Source: an uncultured Candidatus Competibacteraceae bacterium (GTDB taxonomy: Bacteria > Bacteroidota > Bacteroidia > CAIKAF01). Taken from it: a stretch of 64,000 bases of DNA. The stretch lies in NCBI GenBank assembly GCA_964624635.1, contig CAZUXM010000010.1, positions 3,462-67,461 on the forward strand, read 5' to 3'. The position numbers and the translations under genes are program-made. Positions 44,940 to 55,663 of this stretch are shown here, one piece after another. Positions within the stretch are counted from its first letter, which is position 1. Each line of letters opens with the position of its first letter. The notes under the pieces were generated by a model that worked only from the letters and a program-made list of their open reading frames with translations, made no database searches and was not told where the DNA came from.

Positions 44940-47324
44940 ATGATTAAACACAGATATTTATTTGTTCTGCTTATCATATTATTTAGTATCACTTCTTCTT
45001 TTCTTATGGCTCAAAAAGATTCCACTATTAAGAAGATTAACATGGATTCAGTTCTGAAAACTTATTTTAAAACCTCAGATACTAAAACACTTACTAAATC
45101 TGATTTTACTCAAAGAACTGAGTGGGCCTACGAAATATTAGATGATGCCGTAAATGTTTCTGAAATTTCATGGCAAGAACTTGCCGGAAAGGATCAGTTA
45201 AATGAAAACCGTAAGATTATTCGTGTTTTAAGAAAAGTTTTAAAACGACATACCAATAGTGATTTCAGAAATCTTCAGCTATACCGTAATATGCTGGTAG
45301 ATATTCTTAATCAAAGCAATAACATTAGTAAATACTTAGAGGAAAAAAAACAAAACATCATTACCTCCAGAGAAAATATCATGACCATTCCTAAGGATTC
45401 TATTCTCTACGTGATGATAAAAACCAGTTTAGAAGACACCACAAAAAAAATAAGAACAAAAAGCCTCAAGAAAAAATGGGTGTTTACTGAAACCATGCTG
45501 AAAGAGAATTTGGATTCAGTGAATAGATGGATTTCGTTGTCATCACAACAAACAATCATGATTTCGAGTCTTTTACATAAAACAGACTCACTTATTCAAC
45601 ACGGTGGATTAAAAGCGTTTAATGGCGATTATCCATTTTTATGGAAAAAAGAATTAATGGATACTACAGTAGTTGTAGTAGATACATCAGCTAATGCTAC
45701 TACTCCGGCACAGGATAATGATAAAATAATACGCTATTATGTAAAACGAAATCTTACCCGAATACTTTGGATACCCGTTATTGTATTTATTCTATTCTAC
45801 ATATGGATAAGGAGAAAATACAAAAGTTTAAAAACTACATCAAACGATATTCTTGAAAAAGATCATTATCTGTTTTTTATCAAAGTAAGTCGGGTTATAT
45901 CGGCTGTTATTATATGCCTTAACTTATTCCCCTTACTTGACGTACATGCTCCCTGGTTTTATTTGGTTATAAACCAATGTATCATGATGGGCTCTGTTAT
46001 CTATTTATTCTGGCAAAAAGATTTACGCATGCTGGTTCCACACGCTGTATTTTTATTGCTAATGATGATTGGAATTACTATCAATAACAGCTTTGAACCA
46101 ACCAATGCACAAAGATGGGTATTAATTATTCTCAATATTTTATCCTTTGTATCTGCTTTCTTTTTGTTTTCTCGAATTAAACATCTGCCACAACTTAAAA
46201 AAGCTGTTCGTTTGGTTACTGTTGTTTACATGTTGGTGAATTTGGCTGCTATTGTATGTAACTTATTAGGTCGCGTAATTATTTCAGAAGCATTAACCAA
46301 TTCAGGTATCATTGGTATTACACAAATAATTGCTTTATCTGTATTTCTACAAATTATTTCGGAAGCATTTTATTTACAATTGCTCAGTAGTAGGGTGAAA
46401 AGAAATATGCCACAAAATACTGAGTATCCAACAATACTCACTTCTTTAAATAAACCCATATACGTTTTTATATTAGTTGTTTGGGTGATGATGTTTACAG
46501 CTAATCTTTACACCTATGTAATGATGGAAGCAGCTTTGCTAAAGTTACTCACTACTTCTATTAATATAGGCAGTCTTTCATTTACAGTTGGAAATCTGGT
46601 GCTGTTTTTTGTGATTATTTGGATTGCCCACTTATTACAAAAATATATTGGGGCGTTTTTTGGTGATGCGGATGCAGATGGAGATGAGAACCTTGAAAAC
46701 AAAAAGGGGCGTTCTCGAATGATGGTAATCAAACTGGTTGTTTTATGTTTAGGATATTTGCTTGCGGTAGGGGTTTCCGGGCTTCCATTAGATAAAATCA
46801 CCATTATCATCGGAGCACTCGGCGTCGGTGTCGGTATGGGTTTACAAAACATTGTCAATAATTTTGTTTCGGGGGTGGTGCTAATTTTTGACCGTCCATT
46901 ACAAATTGGTGATACCATTGAGGTAAGTGGAAGTAGTGGTAAAGTAAAAAACATTGGTATCCGTTCAAGTACTATTTTAACCGATGATGGAGCTGAAGTA
47001 ATTATTCCTAATGGTGATATTTTATCACGCCCCATTACCAACTGGACTTTAAGCAATAACCAGCGTAGGATTATTCTACATTTTAATTTAAAAAATGCTG
47101 ATAGAGATACCATTATCCCCATCATTCACGAAGTGGTGAAAACCACAGATGGTTCGGTTACAGAAAAAGATCCGGTAATTCTATTTGAAAGTTTAAAAGA
47201 AAACGAAATGCGTATAAAAATTTTCTTCTGGTGTAATAATGCCGGAAAAAATGATTGGTTAAAAAGCGAAGTTCGTTATTTGTTGTATAGCAAATTCAGA
47301 GAAAAGGGAATTATAGTGATGTAA
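44940..47324 (+). CDS. Mechanosensitive ion channel family protein (MscS/MscK-like, 794 aa)
   Basis: Signal peptide plus a long periplasmic domain and multiple TMs. Conserved MscS core GVGMGLQNIVNNFVSGVVLIFDRPLQIGDTIEV. Confidence 0.85.
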   Translation: MIKHRYLFVLLIILFSITSSFLMAQKDSTIKKINMDSVLKTYFKTSDTKTLTKSDFTQRTEWAYEILDDAVNVSEISWQELAGKDQLNENRKIIRVLRKVLKRHTNSDFRNLQLYRNMLVDILNQSNNISKYLEEKKQNIITSRENIMTIPKDSILYVMIKTSLEDTTKKIRTKSLKKKWVFTETMLKENLDSVNRWISLSSQQTIMISSLLHKTDSLIQHGGLKAFNGDYPFLWKKELMDTTVVVVDTSANATTPAQDNDKIIRYYVKRNLTRILWIPVIVFILFYIWIRRKYKSLKTTSNDILEKDHYLFFIKVSRVISAVIICLNLFPLLDVHAPWFYLVINQCIMMGSVIYLFWQKDLRMLVPHAVFLLLMMIGITINNSFEPTNAQRWVLIILNILSFVSAFFLFSRIKHLPQLKKAVRLVTVVYMLVNLAAIVCNLLGRVIISEALTNSGIIGITQIIALSVFLQIISEAFYLQLLSSRVKRNMPQNTEYPTILTSLNKPIYVFILVVWVMMFTANLYTYVMMEAALLKLLTTSINIGSLSFTVGNLVLFFVIIWIAHLLQKYIGAFFGDADADGDENLENKKGRSRMMVIKLVVLCLGYLLAVGVSGLPLDKITIIIGALGVGVGMGLQNIVNNFVSGVVLIFDRPLQIGDTIEVSGSSGKVKNIGIRSSTILTDDGAEVIIPNGDILSRPITNWTLSNNQRRIILHFNLKNADRDTIIPIIHEVVKTTDGSVTEKDPVILFESLKENEMRIKIFFWCNNAGKNDWLKSEVRYLLYSKFREKGIIVM

Positions 47325-47346
47325 CCATCATCTTAAAGTGTTTAAA

Positions 47347-47868
47347 CTACGGTTTTACATTCACCCATAAACTGTTGATGTTTTTCAGCAAGGTTAATTT
47401 TGTATATTCAAATTGGGCCGAATATTCTTTGTCTTTAAAATCATTCCAACATTTATTGAATTGCTCCGGTTTCCAATCTCGGTTACCAATGGTAATATGA
47501 GGGTGAAATACATAGGGGCGTTTTTTATTTAATCCTGAGAATCTTTCATAAAAACGAGTATTAAACATCTCATACAAGTGCATCAGTTGGGAATTTTCTA
47601 CCACATCAATATATACCACTCTTTGATTAAACCGTTGGTAATTTTTTAATTGTATGGTAAATGGGGGGCATGTAAACTCGTTGAGTTCCTCCAATAATTC
47701 GGTTTCATTTCCCCAGAAAAACGGAGGTATGATGGTAATATGTGCAGGTGATTTTAATACGGATTTGGTATGGTACGTAACCGAAATATGCCTTTTAAGG
47801 TTTTCAATCTCTGAGCGTAAAGGCTCAGGTAAAGTAATGGCAATAAAGTATGAGTGATTTTGTGGCAT
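47347..47868 (-). CDS. 2H phosphoesterase superfamily protein (2'-5' RNA ligase/LigT-like)
   Basis: Two H-x-T motifs (PAHITIIPPF and HPHITIGN) at the spacing expected for the 2H fold. Confidence 0.65.
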   Translation of the reverse strand: MPQNHSYFIAITLPEPLRSEIENLKRHISVTYHTKSVLKSPAHITIIPPFFWGNETELLEELNEFTCPPFTIQLKNYQRFNQRVVYIDVVENSQLMHLYEMFNTRFYERFSGLNKKRPYVFHPHITIGNRDWKPEQFNKCWNDFKDKEYSAQFEYTKLTLLKNINSLWVNVKP

Positions 47869-47880
47869 GAATCAAAACAA

Positions 47881-49323
47881 CTATTTCAAAAACTCTTTAA
47901 ACCATAAACCACTATCCTTGATAGTTCTTTTTTGGGTTCCGTAATCTACATGTACCAAACCAAAGCGGGGATGATATCCTTCAGCCCATTCAAAATTATC
48001 CAGTAATGACCATACAAAGTATCCATGTACCGGAACGCCTTCGTTTTTGGCTCTTAATACCTGTGCTAAATAATCTTTAAAATATTGTACCCTTTTTACA
48101 TCATGTACTTTATCTCCTTCTACTTTATCAGGGAAAGCAGCACCGTTTTCGGTTACAAAAATTTTCTTTACTCCTTTATAGGCTGCCAGTTGTTTTATTA
48201 CCTGATAAATTCCTTCCGGATATACTTCCCATTTCATATCCGTTAATTCACTTTCATCTTTTACCAACTTGGTTGGTTTTACTTGGTTGGCCCATAACAC
48301 TGGAGGAAATGCCGAATGGGTAGCTACAATGCGAAAATAATTTTGCACGCCATGGAAATCAAAATCAAAAATCATTTTTTCTTCGTCACCAGGCTGCATA
48401 TGTTTTTCAACTTCCTTGATATAAGAAAAGTCTTTAGATGGATATCCTAATCCTAATGCAGGTTCAATAAATAAACGATTGAGTAATGCATCCATTCGTT
48501 TGGCTGCACCCAAGTGTTTAGGAGAATTATCTTTGGGGTGAATGGCCGACATAGAATAGGTAGTACCTACATTTGCTCCTTGTACCAAGTTTCTTACAAT
48601 ACGCCCCCCCTCTGCCTGACATAATACAACGTGGTGTATCACCTTAGGATATTTACCTAAACTTTTTTTGCCGGGAGCATGCATTCCGGTCATATAACCC
48701 AAACCCGTAAATGCAGCAGGTTCATTAAAAATCATCCAATTTTTTACTCTATCCCCAAAACTTTTAGCGCATAATGTAACATATTCATTAAACCAATTGA
48801 TTACCTCGCGGTTAGCCCACCCCCCCCTATCTTCTAGAGCTTGGGGTATATCCCAATGGTATAAAGTAACCCAGGGTTCGACCCCCATTTCCAAACAAGT
48901 ATTTATTACTTGATTATAAAACTCAATACCTTTTTGGTTAACCTCTCCTATACCGTTTGGAAGAATTCTACTCCACGCAATAGAAAAACGAAACACATTC
49001 ATGTTCATTTGACCAATCAATCCAATATCCTCTTTATATCGGTGATAAAAATCACAGGCGATGTCTCCATTTTCATTGTTTTTAATCTTTCCCTTAGTAT
49101 GGGTAAACGTGTCCCATACAGAGGGTCCTTTTCCATCAACATTCCATGCACCTTCAATTTGATATGCTGCCGTTGCAGCACCCCATTTAAAATCAGGACC
49201 AAAATCATTCTTGCTCATCTCTAACCAATCTTTGTCTAACACCCCCTTAGCCAGTAACTTAGGTATGATTAAACCGGCTGCTCCGGTGATAGCAAGAGCT
49301 TTTACAGCTTCTCTTCTTTTCAT
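47881..49323 (-). CDS. GH1 beta-glucosidase with Tat-type signal peptide
   Basis: TLYHWDIPQ, the FNEP acid/base Glu and the VTENG nucleophile Glu. N-terminus MKRREAVKALAITGAAGLI. Confidence 0.9.
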   Translation of the reverse strand: MKRREAVKALAITGAAGLIIPKLLAKGVLDKDWLEMSKNDFGPDFKWGAATAAYQIEGAWNVDGKGPSVWDTFTHTKGKIKNNENGDIACDFYHRYKEDIGLIGQMNMNVFRFSIAWSRILPNGIGEVNQKGIEFYNQVINTCLEMGVEPWVTLYHWDIPQALEDRGGWANREVINWFNEYVTLCAKSFGDRVKNWMIFNEPAAFTGLGYMTGMHAPGKKSLGKYPKVIHHVVLCQAEGGRIVRNLVQGANVGTTYSMSAIHPKDNSPKHLGAAKRMDALLNRLFIEPALGLGYPSKDFSYIKEVEKHMQPGDEEKMIFDFDFHGVQNYFRIVATHSAFPPVLWANQVKPTKLVKDESELTDMKWEVYPEGIYQVIKQLAAYKGVKKIFVTENGAAFPDKVEGDKVHDVKRVQYFKDYLAQVLRAKNEGVPVHGYFVWSLLDNFEWAEGYHPRFGLVHVDYGTQKRTIKDSGLWFKEFLK

Positions 49324-49426
49324 GTTTATTAAGCTTTATACTGAACTATCAACACACTGCGGTGTATTATAGATCGTTATAAATATCTATAATTAATTGA
49401 TATAATCTACCTTTGCATTAAATTGA

Positions 49427-50329
49427 ATGGCTATGTCAGAACAAAAATCTTCCGGTAAAAATATTCTCATTGGAGTTTTAGGATTATTATTGGTTGCTTC
49501 CGTTGCAGGAAATGTATTCCAATTTTTTAATACCAAGGAAATTATTCACGAAAGAGAGGTTACCAAACTGGTCGTTGATTCATTAAGCATCCGTAAAGAA
49601 AGATTAGAAGCAGAATATAATGCTTCCATTTCCACTTTGGAACAATACAAGGGTGAAAATGCTCAGATGGATTCTTTGCTTCAGGAAGCTTATGCCAAAA
49701 TTGAAGATCAAAAGAAAAAAATTAATAAGCTGATTAACGATAATCAGGATTACCAGATCTTACAACAACGTATGGCTGAGATGAAAGAGACAGTGGAGAT
49801 TTATAGAAAAGAAATTGAACGATTACAGGCTGAAAACAATCAATTACGTTCAGAAAATACAGAGCTTTTAGTAAAAGTAGATCAAACTACCACTGAAAAT
49901 AAAGACTTGAAAGGGAAAGTAGATGTGGCAAGTAGATTAAAAGTAACCAGTATGAGTTTAAAAGGATTGAGTGTAACCAATGGTGGTAAAGAAAAACCTA
50001 CTGATAAAGCAAGCAAAACTGAACGTATAAGTATTACCTATACTTTGGATGAAAATCCATTGGTAGAAACCGGATCACATACTATTTATTTCCGTATTGT
50101 TAATCCAGAGGGCTTTATTTTAGCAGATGCCGGACAAAGTGTTAGGAAATTCAAGTCAGAAAAAGGCGATGACATTGCATATTCAAGAAGCGTTACCATT
50201 AATTATGATGGTTCTAAAGTAACCAAAACCATTACCTGGGATCAGGATGCATTTAATGCCGGCCAATACAAGGTAGAAGTATATATTGACGGGTACTTTG
50301 CCGGAGTGGATAAATTGAGTTTAAACTAA
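49427..50329 (+). CDS. Membrane-anchored coiled-coil protein with C-terminal beta domain
   Basis: One N-terminal TM, ~130 aa of heptad-like charged sequence, then a ~120-aa beta-rich C-terminus. Function unknown. Confidence 0.55.
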   Translation: MAMSEQKSSGKNILIGVLGLLLVASVAGNVFQFFNTKEIIHEREVTKLVVDSLSIRKERLEAEYNASISTLEQYKGENAQMDSLLQEAYAKIEDQKKKINKLINDNQDYQILQQRMAEMKETVEIYRKEIERLQAENNQLRSENTELLVKVDQTTTENKDLKGKVDVASRLKVTSMSLKGLSVTNGGKEKPTDKASKTERISITYTLDENPLVETGSHTIYFRIVNPEGFILADAGQSVRKFKSEKGDDIAYSRSVTINYDGSKVTKTITWDQDAFNAGQYKVEVYIDGYFAGVDKLSLN

Positions 50330-50697
50330 TGCATTTTCGCAACATAGCAATTTTAGCTGTATTTTTTATTTTATCATGCCAGCAGCAAAAAAAAGCAGAT
50401 ATACTTTCCATTGAAAAAATGGCGGATATCATTACAGATATCCAATTATTAGATGCAGCTTATAAACTTGATTTGTTACCTGATGATTATAAAAGCCAGC
50501 CTCAAAAATATTATTTGGAAATACTTGAATATCACCAAACAGATAGCATGATATACAATAAAAGCATGCAGTTTTATGCCGAAAATCCTATGTTATTAAA
50601 AAAGATATATCAAAAAGTAGAAAATAACATTCAGATACAAGGGGGGAAATCCAAGCCTGATCAACAAAAGACCTCTACTTCACAGAAAGCACCTTAA
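50329..50697 (+). CDS. Small lipoprotein, DUF4296-like
   Basis: Lipobox FILSC. The start overlaps the preceding stop (TAATG). Family call from memory of the MADIITDIQLLDAAY-type motif. Confidence 0.45.
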   Translation: MHFRNIAILAVFFILSCQQQKKADILSIEKMADIITDIQLLDAAYKLDLLPDDYKSQPQKYYLEILEYHQTDSMIYNKSMQFYAENPMLLKKIYQKVENNIQIQGGKSKPDQQKTSTSQKAP

Positions 50698-52855
50698 TTT
50701 CTACTCTACGGTTTGACTGATGCTCTTCTTCTGAACATTCAACCCCATCTTTACAACCGTTCACCAGTTTTTCTTCACCATATCCTTTGGCAAGTAAATT
50801 CTCTTTTAATACCCCTTTTTTGATGAGATAATCAACACATGATTGGGCTCTTTTTTGAGAAAGACTCTTGTTTTGTGCTGCTGAACCTCTGGAGTCGGTA
50901 TGGGCACTTAATTCTACTTTGATGTTAGCATTTTCTAAAAGGAAGGCCGCTAGTTTTTCTAATTCTTCTGTGCTTTCTATACGAAGGGTAGCTTTGTTAT
51001 AATCAAAATAGATGTTGTTGATTACAAATACATCTCCTTTTTTAATCATCTCCATTTCGAAAGTAAGATCCAACTTATCCACGTCTTTATCTACACGTGT
51101 ATTAAAGCTGCCTTCTCCGTCTTTGTGACTATGATAGTGAGTAGATACCGAATAGTCTTTTTTACGGTCAGAGATTATACGAACATATCCGTCCTTATCT
51201 GCTTCATATTCGTTCATTACACCAGCACTCTTCAGTTTTACTTTTGCACCGGGCAATGGTTTTTTAGTTTCTTTATCAACGATTAAAAGATTAACAGCCA
51301 CTTTTAATGACTTCATCTGTAAAAGAGCATTAAAGTCTTCTGATTGTAATTTTCCTACGGTAGAAACATTGTATTCACCCTCTTGTTCATAGTCTTCTTT
51401 ATTGGTTATTACTTGATATTTAGAATTCTTTTTAAGGGTGTACGCAAATTTACCAAGACTATCCGTAGTAACTTCTTCCTCAGTGCCTGTAGTTAGATTT
51501 TTTACGGTTACTTTTGTATTAGGTAAGGGTGTTTTTTCAGTATTATTTTCTGTTACCAAACCATTAATGGTGAATACAGGAACAAACATGTTGGTTTGGT
51601 AAATTCTGTCATAAAAATCACCTCTGTTACTGGCAAAATAAGCGATATTTCCTTCCTTGTTGGTAGTAATAGAAAAATCATCAAAACGGGTATTGAGAGG
51701 ATATCCTAAATTTTCAGGCTCATCAAACATCCCAGATGTATGATTGTGACGTGAAAGAAAAATATCAAAACCTCCCAATCCTACATGTCCTTTTGAAGCA
51801 AAAAACAAATCTCCGTCATGTGAAATATATGGAAACATATCATCATAAGCAGTATTGATTTTAGCTCCCAGGTTTTCGGGATTTGACCATGCTCCATTGG
51901 TAAAAGTAGATTTGTAAATATCTGATTTACCAAATCCGCCGGGCTTGTCTGATGAAAAATACATGGTATTTCCATCAGGGGTGAAACAAGCATGCGCTAT
52001 ATTATAATCTATATTATTAAACTCAAATGCTTTTAAATCTTTTCCTGTTTTAGGAAATGTTTTTGCATCCACAGTAGTAGAAAATAATCCTAATCGTATG
52101 ATGTCTTTTTTGCCATAGGTACCTGGAATATTCATGGTAATCATAGCGGTACCTGTAACTTCACTAATAGCATACGGACCATCATGAGGTACACGATGTT
52201 TGGCAGTACCCAGCTTTACCATTTTAGCCGAAGTGTATTCTCCTTTTTTATTGGGTGATGATACATAAGTGTTAACGAAAAATGTTTGATCCCATCCGAA
52301 AGAACGATTCACAAATGCCTGATTGTGCCTATACGAAGTGAATAAAATTTTGTCGCCATATACCATAGGTGAAAAATCTCCATATCCTTTGCTGAATGGC
52401 ATTTTTTTAATGGTATAATTGGCACTGTCTAATTTAAGATCTGTAAAATAGGTTTTGTCTAAAATATATTCTTTGGCCCATTTATTTTCAGTATCCGTTG
52501 CCAATATTACCTGCATAATGGCATTTGCCTCTTCATATTTTCCTAACGTTCTTAATACTTCAGCATAATTATGATCGTCTTCATTGTTGCAATATCCGGC
52601 TTTAAACAAAGCTTCGTACATTTTTGCTGATTCAGTATAATTGTGAGATAAGTAATAGGATAAAGCTGCACGGCGAACTACTTCCCAATTTTGGTTTTTA
52701 CCTTTAATGGTTTGTGTACTAAGGTCCTTATAAATGGGTGCTGCAGATTCAAAAGCCAACACGTTATAATAATCATCTGCCAGTTTTTTTCTAAGACCTT
52801 GTGAGTGAAGTACACCAACACATGAGACAAGTATAATGATGAAATATTTTTTCAT
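50675..52855 (-). CDS. OmpA-family outer-membrane/peptidoglycan-associated protein with TPR, beta-propeller-like and CarboxypepD_reg-like regions
   Basis: C-terminal OmpA-like domain (NIYFDYNKATL...HTDSRGS...N..LSQKRA.....L...G......GYGE...NRRVEIKV). Follows a PorP/SprF gene. Confidence 0.85.
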   Translation of the reverse strand: MKKYFIIILVSCVGVLHSQGLRKKLADDYYNVLAFESAAPIYKDLSTQTIKGKNQNWEVVRRAALSYYLSHNYTESAKMYEALFKAGYCNNEDDHNYAEVLRTLGKYEEANAIMQVILATDTENKWAKEYILDKTYFTDLKLDSANYTIKKMPFSKGYGDFSPMVYGDKILFTSYRHNQAFVNRSFGWDQTFFVNTYVSSPNKKGEYTSAKMVKLGTAKHRVPHDGPYAISEVTGTAMITMNIPGTYGKKDIIRLGLFSTTVDAKTFPKTGKDLKAFEFNNIDYNIAHACFTPDGNTMYFSSDKPGGFGKSDIYKSTFTNGAWSNPENLGAKINTAYDDMFPYISHDGDLFFASKGHVGLGGFDIFLSRHNHTSGMFDEPENLGYPLNTRFDDFSITTNKEGNIAYFASNRGDFYDRIYQTNMFVPVFTINGLVTENNTEKTPLPNTKVTVKNLTTGTEEEVTTDSLGKFAYTLKKNSKYQVITNKEDYEQEGEYNVSTVGKLQSEDFNALLQMKSLKVAVNLLIVDKETKKPLPGAKVKLKSAGVMNEYEADKDGYVRIISDRKKDYSVSTHYHSHKDGEGSFNTRVDKDVDKLDLTFEMEMIKKGDVFVINNIYFDYNKATLRIESTEELEKLAAFLLENANIKVELSAHTDSRGSAAQNKSLSQKRAQSCVDYLIKKGVLKENLLAKGYGEEKLVNGCKDGVECSEEEHQSNRRVEIKVLSVK

Positions 52856-52867
52856 GGATGTGTACCT

Positions 52868-53815
52868 TTAGAAATAATTAAAATATCGTGGTGATAAATA
52901 GTTTTTATTCTTTTTGGCAATGTCAAACTGCAACATAACCTCATGACTACCATACTGATTAAATCGCAAGTCATTATAAGCAAAATCAAAGGCATACCCT
53001 ATTGTAAACATATCCGCAAATGTGTAAGAAAGATTCAATCCTGCAGATTCATTAAAACGGTACATTCCACCAATCCAAAGTTTCTCGAACAACAAAAAGC
53101 TGGCGTTCAAATCAAAGGTAAGTGGGGCATTGGGTGTAATTTTGATTAAAGTGGCAGGTTTAAATTTAACTACACTATTCAGGTTAAATACGTACCCCCC
53201 CATAATATAAAAATGTCGGGCTGATCTTGAGTTGCCTGAAACAGCAGGATTATTTAAATTATTTTCCAGGATACGTGGAACCGAGAATCCTACATAATGT
53301 CTTTGCCCATAATAATATATTCCTCCTCCAAAATTACCCACAGTAGTTGAATAATTAATCGCTGATGGGTCTGTTGGATCATCAATGACCATACTGGAAG
53401 TATTCATTTGCCAGATATCCACCCCCCCATTGATGCCAAATGCTAAGCGATGATTTTTTCTGTTTAAACGAATAGAATAGGCAAAATCGGCATAAATAGA
53501 AGTCCTGTTTCTTGCACCTACCATATCGTTTACCACATTTAATCCTAATCCAATATTTTGTCGTGCAATAGGAGCATGTACCGAAAGGAACTGTGTCATG
53601 GGAGCTCCATTAATTCCCACCCATTGAAAACGACCAATAGCAGTAATGTTCATGGTACCCCTGCTACCTGCATAAGCAGGATTAAAGTTAAGTACATTGT
53701 ATTGATAAAGTGAGTTCTGTTCTTCTTGCTGAGCTGATAAATTCAACCATGAAATAACAGATATACAGAGTAATGCGCCCGATTTAAAAAGTGCTTTTTG
53801 TAAAAAATTTTTCAT
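52868..53815 (-). CDS. T9SS membrane protein, PorP/SprF family
   Basis: N-terminal QQEEQNSLYQYNVLNFNPAYAGS hallmark. About 315 aa, beta-barrel-like. Confidence 0.9.
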   Translation of the reverse strand: MKNFLQKALFKSGALLCISVISWLNLSAQQEEQNSLYQYNVLNFNPAYAGSRGTMNITAIGRFQWVGINGAPMTQFLSVHAPIARQNIGLGLNVVNDMVGARNRTSIYADFAYSIRLNRKNHRLAFGINGGVDIWQMNTSSMVIDDPTDPSAINYSTTVGNFGGGIYYYGQRHYVGFSVPRILENNLNNPAVSGNSRSARHFYIMGGYVFNLNSVVKFKPATLIKITPNAPLTFDLNASFLLFEKLWIGGMYRFNESAGLNLSYTFADMFTIGYAFDFAYNDLRFNQYGSHEVMLQFDIAKKNKNYLSPRYFNYF

Positions 53816-53983
53816 TCAACTTAGGAGTTTGGCAATATCCTTGATATCGTAACTTACAATATTATTAATTTTTGTTGAAAACATCAAACCAGTGCCTCAT
53901 TTGGTATAAATGTAGTTTCTTATATCTTTGACGCCGGACTAAATTTGCTTATTTATTAACGTTGTCCTATTGAATTTTATCTT

Positions 53984-55603
53984 ATGAAATTTAACCTTTT
54001 CGTTGCTAGTGCTTTATTTGTGGTTTCAGGCCTCATGGCTAATGCTCAGTTGGCTGAAGTAAGCTGGGGGGATCCCACTAAGCTTGACCCAAAAATGATA
54101 AACACAGGAATCTTCTCGGATGAGAAAGACTATTTATATTCTACCAGGACCGGCCCTGCAGAATATGGATTTAGTTCTATTTTTATTGATAAAGTAGATA
54201 AAAAACAGCTTGCTACTGAGTCATCTTTTGAGATTTATAACCCTACCATGTATTCAACTGATGGTAAGACCCAAAGGGCGTTTCAGTTTAACGAGGTGGT
54301 ACATACTCAAGACGGTGGGTTTTTAGTGTTCTTTACCGAACCTGATTACATCAAATATACATTTACCTCCCACTGTCAAAAATTTGATAAAGACGGTAAA
54401 AAAGTAGGATCATTAGTCCAGTTACAGATTTTTCAGGGTCATGAAAAAACAGTGATTGGTCGTTTCATTGTTATTCGTTCACCCCTAAATGATGGGTTTT
54501 TCTTAATGTATTCTCGTCCATTCATTCAATATGATAACGAATATCTTGTATTTGATTTTTATGATTATAACCTGGAGAAAAAATGGGAAAGAAAACAAAA
54601 ATTCCCCCTCAACGGTAAAGAATTTGAACCACGTCAATACAAAACCAATATTGAAGACAGTACTTTGTATTTAGTAGTCCGCGTGTTGGAAGAAACGGAA
54701 GAAGAAAGAGCTAAAAAGGGTAATTCAAAAATCAATTACTCATTCTCTCTTTTAGATTTTAAATTTGATCCGAATGATACCAATACTACATTTAACAGTA
54801 CTCCTATACATTTGCCTAAAAAGTATATTTCAGATATCTCTTTTGAAGTAACCAATCATGAATTGGTGTTTGCCGGTTTCTTCGCTGATAAAAAAACCAT
54901 GGAGGCAAATGGTGCTTTTTGTATTGTAATGGAAGAATACAGCAAAAAAGTTCGTTCAACCAATCATGTTGATTTTGAAAAGGGCTTTGGAGATAAATTC
55001 CTTGATCATCCAAGTGATAAATACGGAAAAATTGCCATGGGAAGAGGAGACGGAATTCGCGACTTTCAATTAAAAGACCTTCAAATTGCTAATGACGGAT
55101 CTATTTATGTAATAGCAGAAAACGTTTTTGCAGCTTTTAAAGCAGGTAAAGTAAGAGGGTTTACAGAGATTGTTTATTCTCCATATTACAACAACGTTGT
55201 AGTTACTAAAATTGGTAATGACAGAAAGGTAAGTTGGATTACTCCGGTAATTAAACGTCAGGTACAACCTACCTTTACCACCAATGAATTTTCAGGGTTT
55301 TCATTATCATATACCTATGCTATTTACAATGACAAGGTGGTGATTATTTATAATGATTTGGCACAAAATGTAAAAGCACTATCACCAATGGATATTAAAT
55401 ATGTTAGCTCTGCAAAAGGTACCGTACCTGTATTGGCAACCATTAACAGCAAAGGAGAGGTATCAAGAGATATATTTTTAGATGGAGAAGATCAGAAAGT
55501 GGTGCTTTGCCCAAAAACCTCCGTAGTAGAAAATAAAAACACTATTTACATATATACTATCCTTGACAAAGTTCAACGTTGGGGTGTGTTTAAATTCTAT
55601 TAG
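53984..55603 (+). CDS. Hypothetical secreted protein (539 aa), distant paralog of 23026..24594
   Basis: Signal peptide, with colinear weak similarity to the 522-aa protein. Confidence 0.6.
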   Translation: MKFNLFVASALFVVSGLMANAQLAEVSWGDPTKLDPKMINTGIFSDEKDYLYSTRTGPAEYGFSSIFIDKVDKKQLATESSFEIYNPTMYSTDGKTQRAFQFNEVVHTQDGGFLVFFTEPDYIKYTFTSHCQKFDKDGKKVGSLVQLQIFQGHEKTVIGRFIVIRSPLNDGFFLMYSRPFIQYDNEYLVFDFYDYNLEKKWERKQKFPLNGKEFEPRQYKTNIEDSTLYLVVRVLEETEEERAKKGNSKINYSFSLLDFKFDPNDTNTTFNSTPIHLPKKYISDISFEVTNHELVFAGFFADKKTMEANGAFCIVMEEYSKKVRSTNHVDFEKGFGDKFLDHPSDKYGKIAMGRGDGIRDFQLKDLQIANDGSIYVIAENVFAAFKAGKVRGFTEIVYSPYYNNVVVTKIGNDRKVSWITPVIKRQVQPTFTTNEFSGFSLSYTYAIYNDKVVIIYNDLAQNVKALSPMDIKYVSSAKGTVPVLATINSKGEVSRDIFLDGEDQKVVLCPKTSVVENKNTIYIYTILDKVQRWGVFKFY

Positions 55604-55626
55604 TATTTCTAGAATAGAAAATAAAA

Positions 55627-55650
55627 AACCCAAACAAAATTGTTTGGGTT
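55627..55650. terminator. Bidirectional rho-independent terminator
   Basis: AACCCAAACA-aaat-TGTTTGGGTT flanked by an A-run and a T-run, between convergent genes. Confidence 0.8.
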
Positions 55651-55663
55651 TTTTATTTGTTTC

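Noticed and set aside
46514-47125. 203-aa ORF antisense to the MscS-family gene
   Set aside because: It lies entirely inside a strongly supported gene on the other strand. The composition is low-complexity and Ser/Pro/Ile-rich, with no motif. This is a typical shadow ORF.
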